A stretch of DNA of 64,000 bases, taken from positions 8,373 through 72,372 of the forward strand of contig CAXCEI010000003.1 in assembly GCA_963981505.1 (NCBI GenBank). Reading direction: 5' to 3'. Positions 9,039 through 17,297 of this stretch are shown in pieces (within the stretch, counting starts at the first letter, position 1; the number at the start of each line of letters is the position of its first letter). The translations under genes were made by a program, and so were the position numbers. The notes beneath the pieces are model-generated. The model saw nothing but the letters and a program-made list of their open reading frames with translations. It was not told the origin of the DNA and searched no databases. Source of the stretch: an uncultured Methylococcales bacterium. Its GTDB lineage: Bacteria > Pseudomonadota > Gammaproteobacteria > Methylococcales > Methylomonadaceae.

Positions 9039-9676
9039 GCTTGAAATTTGGGTTATTTCTATGCGATCAATCATGGTGATATTCAATTTATTGCTGATGG
9101 AGACAGTACCACTGAAGGCTATTTTAAAAATATTGGTCAAACGCGGCGTTATGGTGTTGAGACCGGATCGAATATCGAAGCTTGTTCAGTACGCTGGATG
9201 ACTGGGCTTTAACGGTAAATTATAGCTACCTGAGAGCGCAATATTTAGACAGTTATACGATTCATGATCCTAGAGTCGGGGGTGAGGATTTAGGTAGCGT
9301 TTCGGTTAACCCGGGTGATCGAATGACCGGTATGCCGGAACATATATTTAAGGCAAGTTTGGGTGTGCGTTTATGGACGCAGTGGGATTTAACCTTGGAT
9401 GGGCAATACAGCGGAGACCAATTCTATCGCGGCGATGAATCTAATATTATGGACCGATTAGGAGGCTATTGGTTATTTAATTTTAGAACAAAATATAGAC
9501 TGACTGATAATATTGAATTGTTTGGTAAAGTTAATAATATTTTGGGTCGAAAATATAAAACTTTTGGTACCTTTGCCGATACCGATGAGGTATTAGGCGA
9601 TAATTATAGCAATCGCCGTTTTGTTGCTCCGGGAACACCTCGAGAAGCATTTATTGGCATTAAAGTCAGTTATTAA
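9039..9676 (+). pseudogene. C-terminal remnant of a second, paralogous TonB-dependent receptor (N-terminal ~570 codons missing, frameshift near 9175-9185)
   Basis: Nucleotides 9039-9676 align with 8225-8869 of the intact receptor. The 164-aa ORF at 9182..9676 matches the last 164 aa in roughly 120 of 164 positions by hand alignment. Upstream homology (GYFYAINHGDIQFIADGDSTTEGYFKNIGQTRRYGVE) lies in a different frame. There is no signal peptide or plug domain. Confidence 0.75.
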
Positions 9677-9746
9677 TGCCAATATCTATTTTTTAGGCTG
9701 CGGCATCCTAAATTAGCCTAAGGTATTGGGTGTGAGTAATAAGGGG

Positions 9747-10061
9747 TTATATTTCTAAATCCCTTTTATTATAACCGCCGGCGATTAAAGCTTGCATCCA
9801 TTTCGGTGTTAACCCGCGTCCTGACCAGGTTTGACTCGGGTCTTCAGGGTTATGGTATTTAGCAGCAATTTTAGAATTTTTAGTGGGATTTTTTTTGGCA
9901 TCGCCTTTAATTTCTATTGACAGATTAATCGATGCTGCGAGTGATTTGATTTCAGCGATGACCTCTTTACGTTTATTGTTTTTCTTTTCAATAAGGGTTT
10001 GTTGTGCTTGGGCAATAACAGATTCTAATTCTTCTTCTGAAAGATTATCATAATCAGGCAT
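9747..10061 (-). CDS. H-NS family nucleoid-associated DNA-binding protein
   Basis: 104 aa. A coiled-coil-like charged N-terminus is followed by the C-terminal H-NS DNA-binding motif KYHNPEDPSQTWSGRGLTPKW. A very AT-rich upstream region lies at 10062-10155. Confidence 0.8.
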   Translation of the reverse strand: MPDYDNLSEEELESVIAQAQQTLIEKKNNKRKEVIAEIKSLAASINLSIEIKGDAKKNPTKNSKIAAKYHNPEDPSQTWSGRGLTPKWMQALIAGGYNKRDLEI

Positions 10062-10155
10062 TATATTGTCCTTGTTAGTATGGGTAAGAATATAAAATTA
10101 TTATAATAACCATTAATGCAATAACAAGAAATAATTATTATTAAAGTATGCGTTA

Positions 10156-11616
10156 TTAACGGCCGAGTTTGAGAATTCTCTCTTCTTCTATAAAAAAGGC
10201 CAGTCGTTGATCTAAAATAGCGTGCTGATAAAAATTAATACCGGTGAAATTTTTGGCGGTTTTAATATGTTCTATGGCTTTCTCGGTACGTCCGGTTAAA
10301 TAATAATATTCAGCAAGATAACGGTAAGACTCTATAGGTTGTTGGAGTTTGCCGTAGGCTTGGGCTAATAAGTGGTAGATTTTTGGGTTTTGTCTGTCGG
10401 AGTGAATGAGTGGCAGTATTTCTTGGCGTGCTTGTTGTGCTTGCCCCGTTTTAATGAGAGTGGAAAGGTACAGGGTCGATAAAGGCGTATAGTTAGGGAA
10501 GCGTTGGCGTGCTTTTTTGAGTATGGCCAACGCCTCAGGGTAGTGACGTGACTCGGTGGCAGTTTCAGCTAACGCAATGTGTAGGGTGGGTTTTTCGGGC
10601 AGCGTCTTCTGTAGTTTGCTAAAGATCTTTTGCGCTTCCTTGAAGTGTTGTTGTTTCAGCGCGACCCAGCCTAGGCCGTAGTTGGCAATGGCACGTTGCT
10701 CGGGTGTTCCTTGCTCGGTTAAGGTTAGAAAATAACGGCGGGTCGCGTCGAGGTTTTTTGAGCCTAAAACCCGCAATTTAGTACGGATAGTGCGGTAAGT
10801 AAAAGAATCGGGGTAGTGGCGATAGGGTTGTTTTTCAGCACGATTTCGGGTGTCGGAAATACGGGACGCAGTGACCGGATGGGTGCGTAGAAATTCTGGA
10901 ACAGCTTGACCATAATAGCGGCTGTTTTGTTGGAGACGCTCAAAAAAAGTAGGCATTCCGTTGGGGTCAAAGTCTGCTTTAACCAGCGTTTGCATGCCGA
11001 CACGGTCAGCTTCTTGTTCATTTGAGCGGGTAAAGTTAATACGTTGCTGCATTGAATTAGCTTGCACGGCTAAAAGGGCGGCTTGACCCAGTTCAGGCGA
11101 TTGGGAACCAATCAGGATGGCGGCCAGAGTAGCGGCAGCGGTCGGGAGTGATAATTGGCTGGCCGCTTCAAAGGCGCGGTAAAGGTGGCGTTGCGTGACG
11201 TGAGCGATTTCATGTGAAATAACTGAGGCCAGTTCACTTTCAGACTCCGTTGCCAGTATGAGGCCGGAATTAATGCCAATATAGCCGCCGGGTCCGGCAA
11301 AAGCATTTAAGTTTTTATCAATGACCACAAAAAAATGAAAAGGGCTTTGTTGTGGGTCGGCGTGGGCGGCGAGTTTATGCCCTATTGATTGAATATAAGA
11401 TTGGACCTCAAGGTCCTGATTAATCGTCAATTGTCGGTGTATATTGCGGAAAAAGGCATTACCCAGTTCTTTTTCTTCGCGTGGGGAAATGAAAGTGCCG
11501 GTAGAGTCGCTAATATCGGGGAGTTCAATATCGTCGCTTACTTCAGCAATAAGACGGTTAGAGACCAAACACAAAAAAATAGCAAAGCAGGCTGATAAGA
11601 TGCTAAGTTTTTGCAT
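10156..11616 (-). CDS. bepA: periplasmic M48 metalloprotease with TPR domain (BepA/YfgC-like)
   Basis: 486 aa. It has a signal peptide, the HEIAHVTQRH zinc motif, and a TPR-like C-terminal half. Length matches E. coli BepA. Confidence 0.85.
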   Translation of the reverse strand: MQKLSILSACFAIFLCLVSNRLIAEVSDDIELPDISDSTGTFISPREEKELGNAFFRNIHRQLTINQDLEVQSYIQSIGHKLAAHADPQQSPFHFFVVIDKNLNAFAGPGGYIGINSGLILATESESELASVISHEIAHVTQRHLYRAFEAASQLSLPTAAATLAAILIGSQSPELGQAALLAVQANSMQQRINFTRSNEQEADRVGMQTLVKADFDPNGMPTFFERLQQNSRYYGQAVPEFLRTHPVTASRISDTRNRAEKQPYRHYPDSFTYRTIRTKLRVLGSKNLDATRRYFLTLTEQGTPEQRAIANYGLGWVALKQQHFKEAQKIFSKLQKTLPEKPTLHIALAETATESRHYPEALAILKKARQRFPNYTPLSTLYLSTLIKTGQAQQARQEILPLIHSDRQNPKIYHLLAQAYGKLQQPIESYRYLAEYYYLTGRTEKAIEHIKTAKNFTGINFYQHAILDQRLAFFIEEERILKLGR

Positions 11617-11690
11617 TCAGTGAGTGGGCTGTTTTTAGAGCAGTGCTATGGCAGTTACTTACATTGTGTTTGGACAAAACATAACGGCGA

Positions 11691-11861
11691 TTAAGGCATT
11701 AATTCAAACAGGCTTTTATCGACACCGCAGTCAGGACAGGTCCAGTCTTCGGGGATGTCTGCCCATAAAGTACCCGGGGCAATGTTGGTGTCAGGATCGC
11801 CGAGTGCTTCATCGTAGATATGGTCACAAACGGTACAAATATATTTTTGGTAATTTGCCAT
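11691..11861 (-). CDS. rubredoxin (56 aa, below the ORF-track cutoff)
   Basis: My translation is [56 protein letters not shown]. It has the two rubredoxin iron-binding pairs, CxxC and CPxCG. The 71-aa plus-strand ORF at 11648..11863 is its antisense shadow. Confidence 0.85.
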   Translation of the reverse strand: MANYQKYICTVCDHIYDEALGDPDTNIAPGTLWADIPEDWTCPDCGVDKSLFELMP

Positions 11862-11994
11862 AGCCAGTTCCTCAGTTTAAATGTTGCGGTTAGTTCTGGG
11901 AAGTCTAAAGCAACTGACTGGGGAGCGCAAATAGGGGTGCGGTTCTGCTAAAGGGTCTGGCTGATAACTAATTACCTATGACAACCGTGTTGGT

Positions 11995-12011
11995 TATGCA
12001 CTTGGTGCATA
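11995..12011. promoter_or_regulatory. perfect inverted repeat TATGCAC-TTG-GTGCATA directly upstream of a TTGACT hexamer, in the aceE leader region (candidate operator)
   Basis: The palindrome was read directly. TTGACT lies at 12013..12018 and TAATAT/TATAAT at 12038..12046, but the spacing of 19-22 nt is not ideal for a sigma70 promoter. Function is not established. Confidence 0.2.
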
Positions 12012-12123
12012 ATTGACTTACTCGTAGGCTGAGGATGTAATATAATGGCAGAGTTTTTGTTAAGTAAGATGCAGATTAACGACGTTAATCTAAGTTATTT
12101 AAGTCTTTTAGGAAGGGCGCTAG

Positions 12124-14802
12124 ATGAATGATCAGATGAATAAGCAAAGTTTTAATGAGGGTGATGTTGATCCTATTGAAACCCAAGAGTGGATCGACTC
12201 ACTGAAGGTCGTTTTAGAAAAAGAAGGCCATGAACGGGCGCACTTTTTGATTGAACAATTAGTTGAGGTGACGCGGCATTCCGGCTGGGACATCCCTTTT
12301 AGTGCCAATACGGCTTATGTGAATACGATACCTGTTTCCCAACAGGCTAAATTTCCAGGTGATTCGGAGTTAGAGCGAAGAATTCGTTCTTATGTACGTT
12401 GGAATGCGATGGTCATGGTGCTTAGAGCGAATAAAAGTACTAATGTCGGGGGGCATATATCAAGTTTTGCTTCGGCAGCAACCCTTTATGATGTGGGTTA
12501 CAACCATTTTTGGCGGGCGCCGTCAGAAGGTCATGGCGGTGACATGATCTTTGTGCAAGGTCATTCGGCGCCTGGGAGTTATTCAAGAGCCTTTATGTTA
12601 GGCCGATTAACGGAAGCGCAAATGGATAGTTTTCGTCAAGAAGTCGACGGGGATGGTTTATCGTCTTACCCGCACCCTTGGTTAATGCCTGATTTCTGGC
12701 AGTTTCCGACGGTTTCAATGGGCTTAGGACCCATTATGGCTATTTATCAAGCGCGTTTTATGCGTTATATGGAAGACCGTGGTTTTGCTAAGACCCACAA
12801 CCGTAAAGTGTGGGCTTTTTTAGGGGACGGTGAAACGGACGAGCCAGAATCTCTGGGCGCTATTGGAATGGCGGGTCGTGAAAAATTAGATAATTTGATT
12901 TTTGTGATTAATTGTAATTTACAACGCCTCGACGGTCCTGTGCGTGGTAACGGTAAAATTATTCAGGAGTTAGAGAGTTCTTTTCGTGGTGCGGGTTGGA
13001 ATGTTATCAAGTTGGTTTGGGGCGATCGTTGGGATGCGCTGCTGCAACGCGATACCGAAGGGTTATTAGCCAAACGTATGATGGATTGCGTTGATGGCGA
13101 TTATCAGACTTTTAAGTCTAAAGATGGCGCTTATGTGCGTGAGCATTTCTTTAATACGCCTGAATTAGCCGCGATGGTTGCTGATTTTTCAGACCGTGAT
13201 ATTTGGGAATTAAACCGAGGCGGGCATGACGTTTTTAAGGTTTATGCGGCCTATCATGCGGCTGTTAATCACAGTGGTCAACCGACGGTTATTTTGAGTA
13301 AAACCGTTAAAGGTTACGGGATGGGTGACTCGGGTGAGGCGCAAAATATTTCTCACCAGCAAAAGAAGATGAGTCTTGATTCTTTGAAACACTTCAGGGA
13401 TCGTTTTGAATTGCCGTTATCAGATGAGGACATTGAGCAATTACCTTATTTGAAATTTGCAGATAATTCAAAAGAATTGGACTATATGCGTGGGCATCGT
13501 GAGTCGTTGGGCGGGTATTTGCCCGCGCGTCGTGAAAAGGCTGAGTCCTTAACAATCCCACAACTCAGTGACTTTGACGCTGTTTTAAAAGGTACCGGTG
13601 AAAAGAGTGAGATTTCAACAACCATGGCGTTTGTTAGAATTCTTAATATTCTTATTAGGAATAAAACAATTGGTCGCCGGGTTGTTCCGATTGTCCCAGA
13701 TGAATCGCGGACTTTTGGTATGGAAGGGATGTTTCGTCAGTTGGGAATCTGGTCGCAAGTCGGACAGCTATACACGCCGCAAGATGCTGGGCAGTTGATG
13801 TTTTATAAGGAAGATAAATCAGGTCAGGTATTGCAAGAAGGTATTAATGAAGCCGGTGGTATGAGTGATTGGATTGCCGCGGGGAGTGCTTATTCGACCC
13901 ATGGCGTACCGATGATTCCTTTTTACATTTTTTATTCGATGTTTGGCTTTCAACGCGTGGGTGATTTAATTTGGGCGGCGGCCGACCAGCGTTGCCGTGG
14001 TTTCTTAGTCGGTGGAACAGCCGGACGAACAACGCTTAATGGGGAAGGGTTGCAGCACGGTGATGGCCATAGTCATCTTATCTCTGCTACTGTTCCTAAT
14101 TGTATTTCATATGATCCGACCTTTAGCTATGAAATGGCCGTTATTATTCAAGACGGTCTGCGCCGGATGTATGAAGATCAGGAAGATGTCTTTTATTATA
14201 TTACTGCCATGAATGAAAATCATCTGCACCCAGCTATACCAGAGGGCGCAGAGGCGGATATCATCAAAGGAATGTATTTGTTTAAAGCGGGTGAAGAAAC
14301 CCGGGGACCTCGGGTACAACTGTTAGGGTCAGGGGTTATTTTTCTTGAAATTGTAGCCGCTGCCGAGTTATTAAGAGATGACTGGGGCGTTGAGTCAGAT
14401 CTTTGGAGTTGCCCAAGTTTTACCGAATTAGCCCGTGAGGCATACAGTTGTGAGCGTTGGAACCGGTTGCACCCACAACAAGATAAACGTCGCTCGCATG
14501 TCGCGCAATGCTTGGAAGGCAGGGCGGGTCCGGTTGTTGCCTCAACGGATTATATGCGTTCTTTTGCCGAACAAATTACCCCGTATGTTTCCGCATCGTA
14601 TACCGTTTTGGGCACGGATGGCTTTGGTCGTTCTGATACCCGTGAAAAATTGCGACATTTCTTTGAAGTCGATCGCTTTTTTATCACCATAACGGCATTA
14701 AAAAGCCTGATGGATCAAGGTGAAATAAATGCAAATATAGTGACTGAGGCACTTGCCAAGTATGGTATTGGCGCTGATCTCGACGAACCCCGTTTACGTT
14801 AA
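12124..14802 (+). CDS. aceE: pyruvate dehydrogenase E1 component (homodimeric type)
   Basis: 892 aa. It is similar to AceE over its full length, including the ThDP-binding region GDGETDEPES...NCNLQRLDG. Confidence 0.95.
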   Translation: MNDQMNKQSFNEGDVDPIETQEWIDSLKVVLEKEGHERAHFLIEQLVEVTRHSGWDIPFSANTAYVNTIPVSQQAKFPGDSELERRIRSYVRWNAMVMVLRANKSTNVGGHISSFASAATLYDVGYNHFWRAPSEGHGGDMIFVQGHSAPGSYSRAFMLGRLTEAQMDSFRQEVDGDGLSSYPHPWLMPDFWQFPTVSMGLGPIMAIYQARFMRYMEDRGFAKTHNRKVWAFLGDGETDEPESLGAIGMAGREKLDNLIFVINCNLQRLDGPVRGNGKIIQELESSFRGAGWNVIKLVWGDRWDALLQRDTEGLLAKRMMDCVDGDYQTFKSKDGAYVREHFFNTPELAAMVADFSDRDIWELNRGGHDVFKVYAAYHAAVNHSGQPTVILSKTVKGYGMGDSGEAQNISHQQKKMSLDSLKHFRDRFELPLSDEDIEQLPYLKFADNSKELDYMRGHRESLGGYLPARREKAESLTIPQLSDFDAVLKGTGEKSEISTTMAFVRILNILIRNKTIGRRVVPIVPDESRTFGMEGMFRQLGIWSQVGQLYTPQDAGQLMFYKEDKSGQVLQEGINEAGGMSDWIAAGSAYSTHGVPMIPFYIFYSMFGFQRVGDLIWAAADQRCRGFLVGGTAGRTTLNGEGLQHGDGHSHLISATVPNCISYDPTFSYEMAVIIQDGLRRMYEDQEDVFYYITAMNENHLHPAIPEGAEADIIKGMYLFKAGEETRGPRVQLLGSGVIFLEIVAAAELLRDDWGVESDLWSCPSFTELAREAYSCERWNRLHPQQDKRRSHVAQCLEGRAGPVVASTDYMRSFAEQITPYVSASYTVLGTDGFGRSDTREKLRHFFEVDRFFITITALKSLMDQGEINANIVTEALAKYGIGADLDEPRLR

Positions 14803-14817
14803 GGAGTTGTTGATAAC

Positions 14818-15408
14818 ATGACTGATTTAATTGAAGTAAAAGTTCCCGATCTGGGCGGTGCCAGCGATATCGAAGTGATTGAAGTTTTGGTGGGTCCTGG
14901 CGATGTCATTGAGCTTGAGCAAACGTTGGTGGTTATGGAAGGTGATAAAGCGACCATGGATCTTCCTGCCAGTGCCGCTGGCACGGTCGTCGAGGTTAAA
15001 GTGAGTGTCGGCGATAGCGTTTCTGAAGGGTCTTTGATTGTGACGTTAACTGCTGAAGTCGGGGCGGCGGTTGAAGAGGAAGCGGTTGCCGTTGTAGCAG
15101 AAGCAGTTGTCTCATCTGCGCCGGTAGAGGAAAAAGAAGCGCCCGTTCCGAGCCAGCCCGGTACTGTGCATGATTTGATTGAAGTCAAAGTGCCCGATCT
15201 GGGCGGTGCCAGCGATGTCGAAGTGATTGAGGTATTGATTAATGCGGGTGATGTGATTGAACTAGAACAAACCTTGGTGGTTATGGAAGGCGATAAAGCC
15301 ACCATGGATCTTCCCGCCAGTGCCGCGGGCACGGTGGTCGATGTTAAAGTGGCCGTAGGCGATAGTGTTTCCGAAGGTTCTTTGATTGTGACGTTAATGA
15401 CTGGTGAG
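14818..15408 (+). repeat. tandem intragenic duplication: two ~240-nt lipoyl-domain repeats (14818-15057 and 15169-15408)
   Basis: The two units differ at only about 8 of 78 residues by hand alignment. Long runs of nucleotides are identical (for example cccgatctgggcggtgccagcgat and ttggtggttatggaagg). Confidence 0.9.
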
Positions 15409-16461
15409 GCGAGTGCACCGTCGAAATCGGCGCTAGAGGAAAGTAGCGCGCCGGCATCAGAGGCAGTTGCCAAGCCGGTGAAGGCACCACAGCCAACACC
15501 TGTGGCTGCTAAAACTGAAATAAGTACAGCCGTTAGTGGGGGAAGTATGGTTCATGCAACCCCATCGGTACGTCGTTTTGCCCGTGAGCTGGGTGTTGAT
15601 TTATCGTTAATTTCGCAAGGCAGTGGGCGTAAAGGGCGTATTCTGAAAGATGACGTTTCGCGTCATGTTAAAAAGGTGATGACTGCAGTGCCGGTCACTA
15701 GTGTAAAGACCGTACCGGGCAATGGGGCTATTCCTGCGATTCCGGCAGTTGATTTCAGTCAATTTGGTGAAATTGAAGAGCAAAAATTAAGTAAGATAAA
15801 GCGTCTTACCGGTGTTAATTTATCGCGTGTTTGGCTCAATTTGCCGATGGTGACGCATCATGATGAAGCTGATATTACCGAGATGGAAATCTTTAGAAAG
15901 TCCCTGAAAGGGAGTGCCGAGAAAGAGGGCTTAAAAGTAACGGGTTTAGGTTTTATGCTGAAGGCTGTTGCGGCGGCTTTGAAACAATACCCGCAGTTTA
16001 ACAGTTCATTGTCACCTGATGGTGAGCGTTTGATTTTAAAGAAATATTACAATATTGGTATTGCGGTTGATACGCCTAAAGGATTGGTCGTACCGGTTCT
16101 AAAAGATGTTGATAAAAAGAGTCTGTTTGAACTTTCTGCTGAAATGTTTGAGTTGGGTGTTAAAGCGAGAGAAGGGAAGTTACGTCCTGCTGAAATGCAA
16201 GGCGGCTGTATGACGATCTCTAATTTAGGGGGCATTGGCGGTACGGCATTTACCCCGATTGTTAATGCGCCAGAGGTGGCTATTTTAGGGGCGACCCGTT
16301 CGCAAATGAAACCGGTTTGGAATGGTTCTGAATTTGAGCCTAGACTTATGATGCCTTTAGATATGTCTTATGATCACCGGGTTATTGACGGTGCTGATGC
16401 GGCGCGGTTTATGCGGACTATTGTTGCCTTATTGACGGATGTTCGATTGTTGTTGGTATAG
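14818..16461 (+). CDS. aceF: dihydrolipoyllysine-residue acetyltransferase (PDH E2) with two lipoyl domains
   Basis: 547 aa. It has two lipoyl domains (MEGDKATMDLP twice), Ala/Pro/Glu-rich linkers, a peripheral subunit-binding domain (ATPSVRRFARELGVDL), and a catalytic domain with DHRVIDGA. Confidence 0.95.
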   Translation: MTDLIEVKVPDLGGASDIEVIEVLVGPGDVIELEQTLVVMEGDKATMDLPASAAGTVVEVKVSVGDSVSEGSLIVTLTAEVGAAVEEEAVAVVAEAVVSSAPVEEKEAPVPSQPGTVHDLIEVKVPDLGGASDVEVIEVLINAGDVIELEQTLVVMEGDKATMDLPASAAGTVVDVKVAVGDSVSEGSLIVTLMTGEASAPSKSALEESSAPASEAVAKPVKAPQPTPVAAKTEISTAVSGGSMVHATPSVRRFARELGVDLSLISQGSGRKGRILKDDVSRHVKKVMTAVPVTSVKTVPGNGAIPAIPAVDFSQFGEIEEQKLSKIKRLTGVNLSRVWLNLPMVTHHDEADITEMEIFRKSLKGSAEKEGLKVTGLGFMLKAVAAALKQYPQFNSSLSPDGERLILKKYYNIGIAVDTPKGLVVPVLKDVDKKSLFELSAEMFELGVKAREGKLRPAEMQGGCMTISNLGGIGGTAFTPIVNAPEVAILGATRSQMKPVWNGSEFEPRLMMPLDMSYDHRVIDGADAARFMRTIVALLTDVRLLLV

Positions 16462-16547
16462 TCTGTTGCGGTCACTATTTCTCAGCTATTTTTTGGTTCT
16501 CAGTTGTGAGCAAGTTGCTGTTAAAACAGTCGGAGCGGCGCTAGCGC

Positions 16548-16943
16548 ATGAAATTTGCCGTACAGATTAACGGTAGTCCCTATGCGGGTCCTGCCGGCGA
16601 AATGGCTTATCAGTTTGTAGTGGCAGCGCTTTCTGCAGGCCATACTGTTTTACAAATATTTTTCTATTTTGATGGTATTTATCATGGTTTAGCGGCACAA
16701 ATGCCGCCCGGTGATGAGCGTCAATTTACCCATCGTTGGCGTCAGTTAGCCCTGCAAAACAATATTGATTTAGTTATTTGTATTTCTGCCGCGCAGCGAC
16801 GTGGGCTGTTGTCTTTAGAAGAGTCAAAGCGTCAAAACAGAGCCAATCAGGATTTGGCTCCCGGTTTTCGTATTTCTGGGCTGGGTCAGTTGGTTGAGGC
16901 GACTATTAACGCCGATCGATTTATTGTTTTTCCTGGGTCATGA
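16548..16943 (+). CDS. tusD: sulfurtransferase complex subunit TusD (DsrE family)
   Basis: 131 aa. It aligns with E. coli TusD, including the active-site Cys context (LVICISAAQRRGLL versus ICVAAALRRGVV) and the C-terminal SGLGQLVEA. Confidence 0.8.
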   Translation: MKFAVQINGSPYAGPAGEMAYQFVVAALSAGHTVLQIFFYFDGIYHGLAAQMPPGDERQFTHRWRQLALQNNIDLVICISAAQRRGLLSLEESKRQNRANQDLAPGFRISGLGQLVEATINADRFIVFPGS

Positions 16944-17296
16944 AGAGATACTTGGTTGTTATGAGCCACCCCCCGCATGGTAGTATTCATGTTCAAGAAC
17001 AGCTCGATGTTATTTTAACGATGGCCGCTTTTGACCGTTCGGTGAGCTTATTGTTTTTGGATGAGGGCGTTTTTCAGTTGTTACGCGGGCAAACAGCCCA
17101 GCAGTACCTGCATAAAGAAACCGTCGCTATTTTTGATGCGTTGGCGCTTTATGATATCGATGATCTGTGGGTTGAAACGGAATCGTTAATGGAAAAAGGG
17201 CTTTCTCTAGGGCAGTTAACTTTACCGGTTAAGCCGATTGCCCGGTCAGGAATTAATGCTTTAATGTCAGGATTTAATGTCATTTTAGGGGCTTAG
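16940..17296 (+). CDS. tusC: sulfurtransferase complex subunit TusC (DsrF family)
   Basis: 118 aa and DsrF/TusC-like (MSHPPHGS..., LALYDIDDLWV). It overlaps tusD by 4 nt. Confidence 0.75.
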   Translation: MKRYLVVMSHPPHGSIHVQEQLDVILTMAAFDRSVSLLFLDEGVFQLLRGQTAQQYLHKETVAIFDALALYDIDDLWVETESLMEKGLSLGQLTLPVKPIARSGINALMSGFNVILGA

Positions 17297-17297
17297 T

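Noticed and set aside
11648-11863. 71-aa plus-strand ORF
   Set aside because: It is antisense to a textbook rubredoxin ORF on the minus strand (11691..11861). The plus-strand product has no recognisable features.
14799-15473. 224-aa minus-strand ORF (Ala/Ser/Thr-rich) overlapping the start of aceF
   Set aside because: It is entirely antisense to the strongly supported lipoyl domains of aceF. Its low-complexity composition is what the reverse complement of GC-rich Ala/Glu/Val codons and the internal repeat would produce. It has no recognisable motifs.
16462-16547. Absence of lpdA after aceEF as a possible anomaly
   Set aside because: An E3 gene located elsewhere is common (for example in pseudomonads), so this is not unusual.
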